Shown here piece by piece: positions 26,621-36,357 of a DNA stretch of 64,000 nucleotides; the first letter of the stretch is position 1; each line of letters opens with the position of its first letter. The stretch lies in contig CAZCYH010000008.1 in NCBI GenBank assembly GCA_964502925.1, positions 4,185-68,184 of the forward strand, in the 5' to 3' direction. This DNA comes from an uncultured Leptospira sp. Lineage in GTDB: Bacteria > Spirochaetota > UBA4802 > JAGODF01. Position numbers and translations under genes: made by a program. Below the pieces are notes generated by a model, which had not been told where the DNA came from, ran no database searches, and saw only the letters and a program-made list of their open reading frames with translations.

Positions 26621-27817
26621 TTGACGGGTGGCGGGTTACGTATTCTGCTTGCAGGCGATCTCTCATACTGCCGGTCATGGTACGCGTTTAAGATTATGGA
26701 TGAAATCCGCTATACATTGGTAGTAAACAGGGGACGTGATGAAGGCTTCGATGTTCGCGAGCTTCCCAAGGAGGATTTCATCCGCGAAACCGCACGACTG
26801 CTCCCCAAACCTAAAAGAATATTTTGTGGCCTTGGCGATTTTCTTGAGATCGGAGACTACAACAATCTTCTGGATTCCATTTTTTTTGAGAAGGAAGCGG
26901 TGAAATTTGAGGCTTTGCTTGATCGCATCAACAGAAAAATGAGCGAAAAAGGCAGTATCCCCTCGTCGTTTCTTAAACTTGCGGTGTATTTTCCGGATTT
27001 TCTTTTAAAAAATGTACCCACTTTTTGCGCTTCAACCATCGGCAAAAAATCGCGCCTCACGCCCGGAGCGCGAAACTTAATTAAATATCTTCAAGATTAC
27101 CCAATTATTTTTCTCACCGCGATGCCCTATGAAATCGCGATTGAATTTGTCCGCAGAGTGGGACTTGACAGTGAGAATCTTATTTCTACAGTATATCGCA
27201 CAATGCAGGATGATCACAGGCGGACTCTGTATGCGGGCGGCATTAAGCGTTTTATTTCCGGGGACCGCAAAAGCCTGGAAATTGAAAAGCGTATGGCATC
27301 GGAGAATCTTGGGGAAACCGATGTCGTTTACATGGGAAGAGGCGAAGCCGGCGTGAAGACGTTTCATACGGTCAATTCGATTGCGTTCAACCCTTCGGAT
27401 TCAATCATTCCTGTGTCAAAAATAACCCTCTACGGTTCTTCACTCGAATCGCTGCTGGTTCTCTTTAATTTCGAGGGTGAACTGGACAGGTATCTTCTTT
27501 CGAACCAGTACGAAGAATTTCTCCCCTCTCTGGTCGTTTATTCCGAAAAGCGGGAAAAATCTTCCGCACTCATAGAGCTGGAGAAGGAACACCGGCAGTT
27601 GCAAAACAATATCATTGGCCAGAGGATAGAATACGAAGGGGAAAGCTATTATTCAGTTGAAAGGGACATCGAAGTTGAGTTTAGCGCATCAACTTTCGAT
27701 ATTAAAAAAGTGCGGGAAGAAATCAGCACACGTATGGAGCGATATCATCAGAATCCGGACGAATTTGCCAATAAAGTTTATGTGATGGCGAGGGAGCGGT
27801 ATTGGTCGCTTATTTAA
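26621..27817 (+). CDS. Hypothetical protein (possibly HAD-like; weak)
   Basis: 398-aa ORF. The start may be at MDEIRY (26696). Only a weak HAD-like look (IIFLTAMPYEIAIEFVRRVGLD). Confidence 0.45.
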   Translation: MTGGGLRILLAGDLSYCRSWYAFKIMDEIRYTLVVNRGRDEGFDVRELPKEDFIRETARLLPKPKRIFCGLGDFLEIGDYNNLLDSIFFEKEAVKFEALLDRINRKMSEKGSIPSSFLKLAVYFPDFLLKNVPTFCASTIGKKSRLTPGARNLIKYLQDYPIIFLTAMPYEIAIEFVRRVGLDSENLISTVYRTMQDDHRRTLYAGGIKRFISGDRKSLEIEKRMASENLGETDVVYMGRGEAGVKTFHTVNSIAFNPSDSIIPVSKITLYGSSLESLLVLFNFEGELDRYLLSNQYEEFLPSLVVYSEKREKSSALIELEKEHRQLQNNIIGQRIEYEGESYYSVERDIEVEFSASTFDIKKVREEISTRMERYHQNPDEFANKVYVMARERYWSLI

Positions 27818-27902
27818 GTGCCTTTCAATGAGGAGCTGCTGGGAATGTATTTGGTTTTCTTGGTGTTTAATCAATACCTTTCATTGACCGATAATAAAGT
27901 AT

Positions 27903-30473
27903 ATGAATATGTCCCCCAAAAAGAAAATCCTTTACGAATATATCGATCCGCTATCATTAGGCGGCGTTTTTGAGAAGAAAACGTTTTATCAGTCGATCAT
28001 CAGCCGCCTGAAAGGGGAATCGATCAGCAAGGTATTCGTCATCACCCCGCGCGTTGGCGATCCATATGCCTATCTGCGATTTGTGCACTCGCTCGAACAA
28101 AAAGGTTTTTCCGTCCGAAGCGTCTATCTCAATGCGCTCTCGTTTGATGTGTTTCATTACGTGGAAAAAATCGCAAAAGAGGTTAAAACGGAGCTCTCTC
28201 AAAGCGGATGCATGGTGCTGTCGTACGGATCGCCGTATGCTTCCGCACTCACAGGTGCGCTTTTCATCACAATGGGAAGGGATGCGGACACGGCAATTGC
28301 CCGAATTGAAGCATCCAAAACATTTGGGGATGTGAATCTCGAAGTCCGGCGTTTCCTCTATGATTTCGCTCGCTACTGGGGGTTGTCAAAGGAAATAAAG
28401 GAGCGGGAAACGTTTCGTGAACATGGATATAATCCCGCTTCTGACTCGTCGATGGTTGGGGCATTATCTCAGCCCCAGCCGGATATAAAAAAAGATAATG
28501 TGCTTTCTGGCCATGAAGTCGCGATTCCTTTACAGTTTCCGGAAAAAGGGGCAGTTCCACAGAAACAAGCAGCACAACAAACACCTCCACATCAGAGTGC
28601 TGCGCCGTCATTTATGCCTTCAAAGCGCCCGTTCTATACTTCCCTACGCTTTAAACTGATTTCCGTCATTTCATCAGTGATTGTGCTTTCGCTTTCCGGG
28701 ATGATTTTCCTTGCAACCTACTATTTTAAGGGCGATAATCGCATCCGCGTGCAGCAGAGCAATTTGGACATCGCGAAGATAATGGCGTTGAAGGTCCGAT
28801 CCGATTTTCTTTCGGTCATCGATATTTCCAAAGCCATCACTAATGAAATGCTCGCACGGCAGGCCAATACTTCCGATTCGCTCAGCTCTTCCGAAAAAAC
28901 ATTTCTGTTCAATGGTATTGCGATGAACGGCCCAGGCCCTGAAAAAATATCACTGATTAAAACATCGTTTAACAAAGACCTGCTTGAGGAACTGCAGATC
29001 GATAAAAATGCCATCGAGTCGCTAAATGATGTTCATGCAAAAAATTTTACGCGCGCATTCGGGGGAGATATTGTAGTTGAAAACGCTTCAGCGCCCTTGC
29101 GATTTCCGGTTATCGCGCTTGCATATCCCATACGCTTAAAAGGAAAATCAACTATTGATTCAATTGCCATAAACTACATTCGCCTCGATAAGATACTTCT
29201 GACATTCAAAGGAGAAGATCGAATTGGGTATGTGTTCATGGTGAATGAGCGGGGAGATGTGATAGCCCACCAGGATGGCGAAGAGGTTCTTGCCGGAAGG
29301 AATTATATAGCGCTTCCAATCGTAAAGGAAATGCTTAAAAGCCCGCAGACCAATGGTCAGATTCGATATAAGGATGAGACAGGAAAATATTTCCTGGGTT
29401 CGTTCTGGAAAATCGGTGTGGGAGGATGCGGTATCATCTCGACCGTTGAGGAAGATGTTGCATTGCGGCAGGTGTATGACATGCAAAGGCGAAACCTGTA
29501 TCTCATGGTAATCGTCCTGACGCTTGTTATCATGATCGTATTTTTCTTCGGAACGCGTATCACCGAACCCATTATCCGCCTGGTGGAGGCGACAAAGCGC
29601 ATCAAGGAGGGGCAGTATCGCGTCGATGTTTCTGTTGCGGGAAAAGATGAAATCGCCGAACTCACACAGTCGTTTGTCGAAATGGGCATTGGCCTTGAAG
29701 AGCGAGAAAAAATGAAAGACGCGTTCGGCAAATTTGTCAATAAGGAAGTCGCTGAGAAGGTGTTGAAAGGAGAGCTTCGGTTAGGCGGGGAACGAAAAAA
29801 CGCCGCTGTTTTCTTTTCCGATATCCGTTCATTTACCGCGATTTCTGAAAAATTAGCCCCAGAGGAGGTCGTTGAATTCTTAAATGAATACATGACACGG
29901 ATGGTCAATTGCGTAAATAATACCAACGGTGTGGTGGACAAGTTCAACGGCGATGCGATTATGGCGATCTGGGGCGCACCGGTCTCACACGGAAACGACA
30001 CTGAAAACGCGGTAAACGCGGCACTCATGATGCGGCATGAACTTATGATTTTCAATCAGGGAAGAGGAACTGAAAAAAAACCGATTATAAAAATCGGTTG
30101 CGGAATAAATTACGGTCCGGTGCTGGCCGGCCAGATCGGATCAGAGGACAGAATGGAATACACCGTCATTGGCGATACGGTGAATCTGGCATCGCGGATC
30201 GAAGCGCTTAATAAACCATTCGGAACCGACATACTTATAAGCGAGGATGCATACCAGCAGGTGCGGGACATCTATCATGTGGAGCCGATGCAAAAAATAA
30301 AAGTCAAAGGGAAATCGGCACCTCAGCAGATTTACGCCGTACTCGGAAGAAAAACCGACCAGGTGGCCCCGAAGTCCCTACAAGAGCTGAGAGATCTGCT
30401 TGGTATAGACATTAAAGGAAAGCCTGCCACTGCGGTCGAGGAAGAAGTGAAGTATGAAATCCTTGAGCAGTAA
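27903..30473 (+). CDS. Membrane sensor adenylate/guanylate cyclase (class III) with periplasmic sensor domain and HAMP
   Basis: 856 aa. Cytoplasmic N-terminal ~240 aa, a TM helix, a periplasmic ~250-aa domain, a second TM helix (LYLMVIVLTLVIMIVFFF), and HAMP (IIRLVEATKRIKEGQYRVDVSVAGKDEIAELTQSF). The class III cyclase core has canonical blocks (AAVFFSDIRSFTAISEKL; FNGDAIMAIWGAP; YTVIGDTVNLASRIE). Confidence 0.85.
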   Translation: MNMSPKKKILYEYIDPLSLGGVFEKKTFYQSIISRLKGESISKVFVITPRVGDPYAYLRFVHSLEQKGFSVRSVYLNALSFDVFHYVEKIAKEVKTELSQSGCMVLSYGSPYASALTGALFITMGRDADTAIARIEASKTFGDVNLEVRRFLYDFARYWGLSKEIKERETFREHGYNPASDSSMVGALSQPQPDIKKDNVLSGHEVAIPLQFPEKGAVPQKQAAQQTPPHQSAAPSFMPSKRPFYTSLRFKLISVISSVIVLSLSGMIFLATYYFKGDNRIRVQQSNLDIAKIMALKVRSDFLSVIDISKAITNEMLARQANTSDSLSSSEKTFLFNGIAMNGPGPEKISLIKTSFNKDLLEELQIDKNAIESLNDVHAKNFTRAFGGDIVVENASAPLRFPVIALAYPIRLKGKSTIDSIAINYIRLDKILLTFKGEDRIGYVFMVNERGDVIAHQDGEEVLAGRNYIALPIVKEMLKSPQTNGQIRYKDETGKYFLGSFWKIGVGGCGIISTVEEDVALRQVYDMQRRNLYLMVIVLTLVIMIVFFFGTRITEPIIRLVEATKRIKEGQYRVDVSVAGKDEIAELTQSFVEMGIGLEEREKMKDAFGKFVNKEVAEKVLKGELRLGGERKNAAVFFSDIRSFTAISEKLAPEEVVEFLNEYMTRMVNCVNNTNGVVDKFNGDAIMAIWGAPVSHGNDTENAVNAALMMRHELMIFNQGRGTEKKPIIKIGCGINYGPVLAGQIGSEDRMEYTVIGDTVNLASRIEALNKPFGTDILISEDAYQQVRDIYHVEPMQKIKVKGKSAPQQIYAVLGRKTDQVAPKSLQELRDLLGIDIKGKPATAVEEEVKYEILEQ

Positions 30474-32604
30474 TGCATTGGTATTTACCGTTGGGACAAT
30501 CATAATCGCGGTCTTCTCCGCGCTTTTTTACATTGATGTGCACAGAAGGATTGACGTTGGCGACGCGAAAGTGATAGGCACGGTTACTTTTAAAAAACGG
30601 GTCGCGCAGCGAAGATATTCGCGTCAGGTGGTGTGGGAAGATCTTGAGCGCACCGAACCTATCTACAACAACGATACAATCCGAACCGGCGATAGATCGG
30701 AAGCAGTTGTCCGGATCAACGACGGTACGGAATTCACCCTCAATGAAAACAGTATGGTTCTTCTTGCTCTCGGCGGGGAGGGTCTTGATCTGGAATTTAA
30801 TCAGGGCTCTATCACCGCCAAGCGCGACGAGCTTTCCGGCGAGCCGATGGGCAAGGTGCGCATCAAAGCCGGTGATGCTTCTGTATCGTTCGATAAAAGT
30901 ACGATAAATATTTCAAAAGGCAAAGATGATACTATCAATTTAGTCGTCGATAAGGGAAGCGCCGTGGTGACAACCAATGCAGGGGAAAAAACCGTTGCAG
31001 AGGATTATCGAGCAACCGTTCTTTTGAAAACTGCAGCGGTATCGGTCGAGAAGCAGAAGTTGGTTCTCCTTTCACCTCCTTCAGGGAGCGTGTTCCCGGC
31101 AAAGGGTCCTGAAGCTCCAATTGGTTTTTCGTGGAAAAAGCTCCCCGAAGAAGGCGATTATTCCATCGATATCGAGCCCCAGGATGCGGCGGCAGGTGGA
31201 AATATTTCAAGAAAAACAACGGGCAATTCCCTCGTTTTTCCGCTTCAGAGTGGAAGTTACAAATGGAATGTGCGCTATCGATCGCGCACTGGCACAGAGG
31301 AAACGAGTGAAACAAGAAGCTTTATTATACTGCCGTATGAAACGATTGCCGCAATATCTCCAGCCGATAACGCCGTCTATTTCTATAAAAACAAGCCCCC
31401 GCTGGTGCATTTTAAATGGTCGCCGAGTTCTGCGGCATCAGGATATGTTCTTTCTATTTATAACGATGCCGATCTGAAGTCCAAATTAACTGAAATCGGG
31501 ACGCTTGCAACGGCTGTTTCCCTCGATACGATCCCTGAGGGGACCTGGTATTGGAAAGTCGATGCCTCGAGCGGGATTTCCGGTGTAGGAACTGTTGCTT
31601 CATCGGCAACGCGAAAAATGAGTATTGCAAAGCGAAGTATGCTTCCGCCGCCAGAGCCGCTTGTTCCGCGACCAGGCATGCGGTTCTGGAAAAAAGCCGT
31701 TTTGGAAAAACCCATACGCTTTTCCTGGCGCAATGATCCGGAAATTTCTACTGCCGAAATTACTATTGCACGTGATCCCGAATTTACAAAAATTTTTCAT
31801 CGCGAAACAAAAAAAACATCATTTTTGTCACTCAAAAAGGATATACCCAGTGGAAACTATTTCTGGAAGGTTCGCGGTGTGATGGATGATACTACCTATA
31901 CGGAAGATTCCCCTGCATGGAACTTCTCCGTGACGGAAGAAGTGTTATTGGAGCTGTTGTCACCTGTCGATCGTCAGATCATTGTACCTAAAGACGAAGA
32001 TGATTTAGTGAACGTCCGATTTTCCTGGAAGTATGTGGATTATGACGGAGCATTTACCCTTCAGATTGCAGGTGATGGAGAGTTCAAAAACATTATAGCG
32101 GAAAAGTCGCTTAAAGGATTCTTTGCCGAAATTCCCGACCTTCGGCGCGGCATGTATCACTGGCGGGTGATTATGAATGATGAAGATGGATCCGTGATGA
32201 TGAAAAGCGCACACAGATCGTTCGTGATAGAAGACCGTCTTCGTGCGCCGATTCCCCTTGCGCCCATCAACAACACGACCATCGATATGGCGAATAAAAA
32301 AAGTTTGTCGTTTCGCTGGCAACCCGTCGCGGGTGCGGATCTGTATCGCCTTGAGCTTTTTATGCTGAAAGACGGACGAGAGTACCGTATTATGAATCGC
32401 ACGACAAAAACACCATACTATGAAATGGATGAAATGTACAGGCTCGATGAGTCAAAATTCATGTGGATGCTACGAGCCTATGACATGCAGGACGGCAAAA
32501 TCCTTCGCGCAAGCCCCGGCGCGAAATACTACTTCGATATTGTCCTGAGTAAAAAGATGAAAAAACCGGTGATTCGCGTTCCAAAAATAATAATGGTGGA
32601 ATGA
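30454..32604 (+). CDS. FecR-domain protein with multiple tandem Ig/FN3-like repeats (membrane-anchored, periplasmic)
   Basis: 716 aa. N-terminal TM helix, then a FecR-like domain (YNNDTIRTGDRSEAVVRINDGTEFTLNENSMVLL). At least five ~90-aa repeats follow, each with a W…W…Y.W.V pattern (e.g. FSWKKLPEEGDYSIDIE…GSYKWNVRY; FSWRNDPEIS…GNYFWKVRG). The start overlaps the cyclase gene end by 20 nt. Confidence 0.7.
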   Translation: MKSLSSNALVFTVGTIIIAVFSALFYIDVHRRIDVGDAKVIGTVTFKKRVAQRRYSRQVVWEDLERTEPIYNNDTIRTGDRSEAVVRINDGTEFTLNENSMVLLALGGEGLDLEFNQGSITAKRDELSGEPMGKVRIKAGDASVSFDKSTINISKGKDDTINLVVDKGSAVVTTNAGEKTVAEDYRATVLLKTAAVSVEKQKLVLLSPPSGSVFPAKGPEAPIGFSWKKLPEEGDYSIDIEPQDAAAGGNISRKTTGNSLVFPLQSGSYKWNVRYRSRTGTEETSETRSFIILPYETIAAISPADNAVYFYKNKPPLVHFKWSPSSAASGYVLSIYNDADLKSKLTEIGTLATAVSLDTIPEGTWYWKVDASSGISGVGTVASSATRKMSIAKRSMLPPPEPLVPRPGMRFWKKAVLEKPIRFSWRNDPEISTAEITIARDPEFTKIFHRETKKTSFLSLKKDIPSGNYFWKVRGVMDDTTYTEDSPAWNFSVTEEVLLELLSPVDRQIIVPKDEDDLVNVRFSWKYVDYDGAFTLQIAGDGEFKNIIAEKSLKGFFAEIPDLRRGMYHWRVIMNDEDGSVMMKSAHRSFVIEDRLRAPIPLAPINNTTIDMANKKSLSFRWQPVAGADLYRLELFMLKDGREYRIMNRTTKTPYYEMDEMYRLDESKFMWMLRAYDMQDGKILRASPGAKYYFDIVLSKKMKKPVIRVPKIIMVE

Positions 32605-32605
32605 A

Positions 32606-33709
32606 ATGCGTGTGATGAAGAAACATGCGCTGATTTATTTTATTGCGGGCATTGCGCTTCCATTTTCGCTGCATTCGCAGACGAATGATGTGCTGCTTCG
32701 CGAGGGCGATGAAATGTATAGGGCGGGAAAGTACGAACAGGCGGCGGAATCCTGGAAACGAGCGCTCGAATTGGATCCGAAAAATTTGGAAGCGAAGCAA
32801 AAGCTTAATAAGCTCTATTCGGAAAAATATGAATCTGATAAAGAGCACTATGAGAAAACGATCAAGGAATTTTCTTCAAAAAAACAGTCTTTATTGCTCA
32901 ATCAGAAAAAAGAGGTAACAATCGACTGGGATGCCGTGGAGGGTGTGACAAAATATCTTGTGCAGATTAAAGATAAAAGCGGCGCGCTTCTGGTCGATAA
33001 TACGGTATTGGAAAATAGAATCACTTTTTCGCTTACCCCCGGCGATTACATGGCTCGGGTTGGTGCGTTCAATATCTTCGATAAAATTGGTGCGTGGTCG
33101 GACTGGACTGAGTTAAAGATTGTCACAAAAGATTCTCAGGATGCAATTCCCTTCACTGGTGCAATAGACCACGGCTTCATTTTTGCGGCCGGCTATTTGT
33201 ACAGTTTTATGGTATCGGATTACAGCGATATGTATGAATCTTCACCCGAAGGGTGGATTTTACGGCTCGGATATCAGATGAAGCGGCTTTCAGTATTTGA
33301 ATCAATGCCGGTGCTGAGAAGCATGCATCTTGAATGTGAACTTGCACGTCGAACTTTCACGAACAGGGATAATAGATCAAGTTATGATCTCACTTTCGAC
33401 GTGAATTCTGTGATCATGAATATTGCATACGTTTCCGATTTTCGTTTTCCGGTGAATGTAGCCCTCCGTGTGGGAGGCGGTGCCACCTTCTCCCGGCAAA
33501 GCATAAAGATTAATGACCCCACGGTAACGCTTGGCACTCCTTCCAGGGTTTCTACCACAGACCCCTGTTATCACTTTTCCGCATCGGCGATTATCGATGC
33601 CGGTCTGTCGCTGTTCATTGAAGCAGGAGTCGGGATATTCTGGGTGGATTACATTGAAATAGACATGAAATCGGTATCGCTGTTCTGTCTGGTTGGGATT
33701 CATATTTAG
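32606..33709 (+). CDS. Secreted TPR + FN3-like + putative C-terminal beta-barrel protein
   Basis: 367 aa. Signal peptide, a TPR unit (YRAGKYEQAAESWKRALELDPKNLEAKQKL), and one FN3-like repeat homologous to those of the upstream gene (VTIDWDAVEGVTKYLVQIKD…GDYMARVGAF). The beta-rich C-terminal half has alternating hydrophobics. Confidence 0.55.
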   Translation: MRVMKKHALIYFIAGIALPFSLHSQTNDVLLREGDEMYRAGKYEQAAESWKRALELDPKNLEAKQKLNKLYSEKYESDKEHYEKTIKEFSSKKQSLLLNQKKEVTIDWDAVEGVTKYLVQIKDKSGALLVDNTVLENRITFSLTPGDYMARVGAFNIFDKIGAWSDWTELKIVTKDSQDAIPFTGAIDHGFIFAAGYLYSFMVSDYSDMYESSPEGWILRLGYQMKRLSVFESMPVLRSMHLECELARRTFTNRDNRSSYDLTFDVNSVIMNIAYVSDFRFPVNVALRVGGGATFSRQSIKINDPTVTLGTPSRVSTTDPCYHFSASAIIDAGLSLFIEAGVGIFWVDYIEIDMKSVSLFCLVGIHI

Positions 33710-33850
33710 CACAATGTCCTCTTAAAAAAATAATTGATTTATTTACCCCTTCGGAGGTATGTGTCGGAAATTCAATGCCGTTTCATCATTGAAGGCGAGT
33801 GAGTTATCTTTCTGCGATTGACGGCTGGAGAAAAAATTTAGGGAGGAACT

Positions 33851-34225
33851 ATGCGTACCATTATTTTAGCACTATCTGTTATAGCGGTTTTCGGTGTGAT
33901 TGTATCCTGTGCGGGAAAATTCGATAATACGGTGTGGGAATGCAAATACGAGTATAAGGAATATCAGGATAAAATGTCAGGAACAAATGTTCTTGAATTT
34001 TTACCGGGCAACAGGGTCAAAGGAACGTTTTCCAATCCCGGCCCTCTTCTGCCCAGTGTGTATGTGTATAATTATACCATAGATGGGGATAAAATCATCT
34101 GCAATCATCCTGATGTTGATATGCGAGTTTTTTTAATCAAAGATGGAAAGCTTGAATCAGAAGACGGCCATTGTCTGTATGTGCAAAAGCAGGCATCAGC
34201 CGATTCAGAAAAAGCGGGCAAATAG
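33851..34225 (+). CDS. Small lipoprotein (paralog pair member 1)
   Basis: GGGAGG RBS. Signal peptide with a lipobox (VIVSC). TVWEC motif shared with the next gene. Confidence 0.55.
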   Translation: MRTIILALSVIAVFGVIVSCAGKFDNTVWECKYEYKEYQDKMSGTNVLEFLPGNRVKGTFSNPGPLLPSVYVYNYTIDGDKIICNHPDVDMRVFLIKDGKLESEDGHCLYVQKQASADSEKAGK

Positions 34226-34259
34226 TGCAGTGCACATCATTTACCGGTACGGAAGCTGG

Positions 34260-34643
34260 ATGAAGTTTTACCCGGCAATTGCAGTGTTACTATGTCTTGC
34301 GGTATGCAGTTGTTCTCGTTTGTCAAACTGCGATTTTGAAGGAACGGTATGGGAGTCACGGCAGGTCGATTTCGATCCTGCTGTTGGCTCTGTAGAGCTT
34401 GTGCTTTCATTGGAATTTATTGATTCGCGTATGTTTTTACTCAAACGGGCGGAACGGTGGGTGAGTAAAAAAGAATCGGTAAAAACACCTTTGCCCGAAG
34501 ACACTGAGGTGTCGGGCGAATATCGCGTTGAAAGCAATGCTATTTATCTCTCGTTTGCAGACGGAAGTTCACTTGCGTTCAGCTACAAGGACGGCAAGAT
34601 AATTTCACATGATGAATCCCGCACTTTTGTAAAAGCCCGCTGA
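34260..34643 (+). CDS. Small lipoprotein (paralog pair member 2)
   Basis: In-frame ATG 34260 inside the track ORF 34143-34643. Signal peptide plus lipobox (LAVCSC). A GTVWES motif parallels gene 1. Confidence 0.5.
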   Translation: MKFYPAIAVLLCLAVCSCSRLSNCDFEGTVWESRQVDFDPAVGSVELVLSLEFIDSRMFLLKRAERWVSKKESVKTPLPEDTEVSGEYRVESNAIYLSFADGSSLAFSYKDGKIISHDESRTFVKAR

Positions 34644-34679
34644 ATTTATGCGCATCATTATTAGGTAAAGAGGGCGTGA

Positions 34680-34907
34680 ATGATGTCATTGTTAAAGCTT
34701 TTGACTCCCCGAAGCGTGTTCGTTCTGAAATATCTTTTTTTTATCATCGGTTGCTTCCTTTTTGTTTCCGGCTTCTTCGATCTATTAAACGGACGCTTTA
34801 AAAGCGGCATTCTTGAAGTAATCGGTGGCGGGGTTTCCATACGTCTCGCGGCATTTCTTTTCAGTTTGAGAATGCAGCGGGGAAATGATGCGGATAATAA
34901 TAACTAA
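34680..34907 (+). CDS. Hypothetical small membrane protein (75 aa)
   Basis: One or two hydrophobic helices. No recognisable family. Confidence 0.35.
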   Translation: MMSLLKLLTPRSVFVLKYLFFIIGCFLFVSGFFDLLNGRFKSGILEVIGGGVSIRLAAFLFSLRMQRGNDADNNN

Positions 34908-34943
34908 GCAATATTAGTCCATAAGGAAAAAATATAGAAGGGG

Positions 34944-35279
34944 TTGGCAGCGCTTATGGCAGAGCGAAGAAAAGCGGAACGATTTCCGGTTGATAAGGAC
35001 TATTACTTTTATCCTTTCAACAGAAGCAAAGTGTATGCATGCAAAGTGCGTAATCTATCTGCATCTGGCGCGTGCATTATATCAAAAAAAAATCTGACTC
35101 CCCATGAGATAATTTTTCTTCATATTACGGGCACAAGAGGCGTACAGTTTAAATCAGAAGTTGTATGGGCGCGGGATGGGCTCTATGGGCTCTCGTTTTT
35201 ATTAGAAAACAGCGAGGATCTTGATAATATCAGCTTTGTGATGAATACGGTATCAAAAAAAATTAATGCTTCATCCTGA
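34944..35279 (+). CDS. PilZ-domain protein (putative c-di-GMP receptor)
   Basis: 111 aa. An RxxxR motif (ERRKAER) is followed ~25 aa later by N.SxSGA (VRNLSASGACIIS), the PilZ D/NxSxGG signature. Confidence 0.6.
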   Translation: MAALMAERRKAERFPVDKDYYFYPFNRSKVYACKVRNLSASGACIISKKNLTPHEIIFLHITGTRGVQFKSEVVWARDGLYGLSFLLENSEDLDNISFVMNTVSKKINASS

Positions 35280-35467
35280 TTTTCGTTCGACGGCCGTTTT
35301 CCCCATTCCGCAATTGTAACCTGTAAAATGCTCTATCTGAAAAATATTTAATCCAATACAGTTCTTTTTATTGACAGATGATGTGCCAAAAATATAGATT
35401 ATCGTCGGTCTGATTGCATGACTGGTTGCTTGAAAGTGTCATTGAAAAAAATAAAGGAGCGTCAAAC

Positions 35468-35857
35468 ATGCCAAGCGGAGAGGAACTTTTCATTCTGGAG
35501 TATAATCAGAAAGACGACATCATGATAGGAAGAGTAGAATGCGTAAAGGTTGATCGTGCGGAGGCGGATGCCATCTACAACCATTATGTTGGCAAGGTGA
35601 GCGAATACCCGAATTACAGGGATTTCATTCTCGATGTTCGGAAAATTGAAAGCGTTACCGATCCTGCAATTGGGGTGCTCATGAAAGGGCTTGAGCTGAT
35701 GAAGAAAAGCAGTTCCTATGCCATCCTTTTGATGACGGAAGCCCTTCTGCAAGACATTATGCTTCGCCATCCCGAAATGTTCGATTTTTATGCCGTTTTT
35801 CATACACTTGATGATGCCGTAGCCTACATTCATAAACGCCGTGCAGAGGAAAAGTAG
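35468..35857 (+). CDS. STAS-like (anti-sigma-factor-antagonist-like) protein, putative
   Basis: ATG 35468 with an AAAGGAG RBS (the track ORF starts at 35414). About 129 aa with SpoIIAA-like alternating pattern (ILDVRKIESVTDPAIGVLMKGLELMKK). Weak assignment. Confidence 0.4.
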   Translation: MPSGEELFILEYNQKDDIMIGRVECVKVDRAEADAIYNHYVGKVSEYPNYRDFILDVRKIESVTDPAIGVLMKGLELMKKSSSYAILLMTEALLQDIMLRHPEMFDFYAVFHTLDDAVAYIHKRRAEEK

Positions 35858-35887
35858 CCGTCCGATAAACTTTCTGGGGAGGAAGGA

Positions 35888-36352
35888 ATGTTTACAATTC
35901 GCGATGCCTATCTTCGGGATATTGAAAAGATAATTGAGTACAGAATGAAGCTTCTGTATGAACTCGGTAAGGTTGAAAAAGAAGAAGGTACCAGCAAACT
36001 GCGAGATGCGACGAGAAGTTATTTTATAAATAAAATTCAGACCGGAGAATTTCGGGTATGGATTGCGGAAAGTGCCGGTACTATCATCGGAATGACCTGC
36101 ATACAGTTCATAGAACATCCGCCCATTTATGAAAATATCGGGGGAATTGAGGCGCACGTGATGGATGTCTATACCATGCACGAATGGAGGGGGAAGGGCG
36201 TGGCCACCGCGATTCTCGAAAAGGTAATCGAACACGCGAAACAAAATAACGCGAAACGGATTGTGCTCAACACCATTGGAACTGATACGAGAATATACGA
36301 AAAGCTCGGATTTACTCCCATAACAGGCGCGATGGAACTCTTTTTGCAGTAG
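35888..36352 (+). CDS. GNAT-family N-acetyltransferase
   Basis: 154 aa. GGGAGGAAGG RBS. Acetyl-CoA-binding motif (HEWRGKGVATAILEKVIEHAK). Confidence 0.8.
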   Translation: MFTIRDAYLRDIEKIIEYRMKLLYELGKVEKEEGTSKLRDATRSYFINKIQTGEFRVWIAESAGTIIGMTCIQFIEHPPIYENIGGIEAHVMDVYTMHEWRGKGVATAILEKVIEHAKQNNAKRIVLNTIGTDTRIYEKLGFTPITGAMELFLQ

Positions 36353-36357
36353 CGGGA

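Noticed and set aside
29357-30055. 232-aa minus-strand ORF
   Set aside because: It is antisense to the adenylate cyclase catalytic domain and is a Ser/Thr-rich shadow frame.
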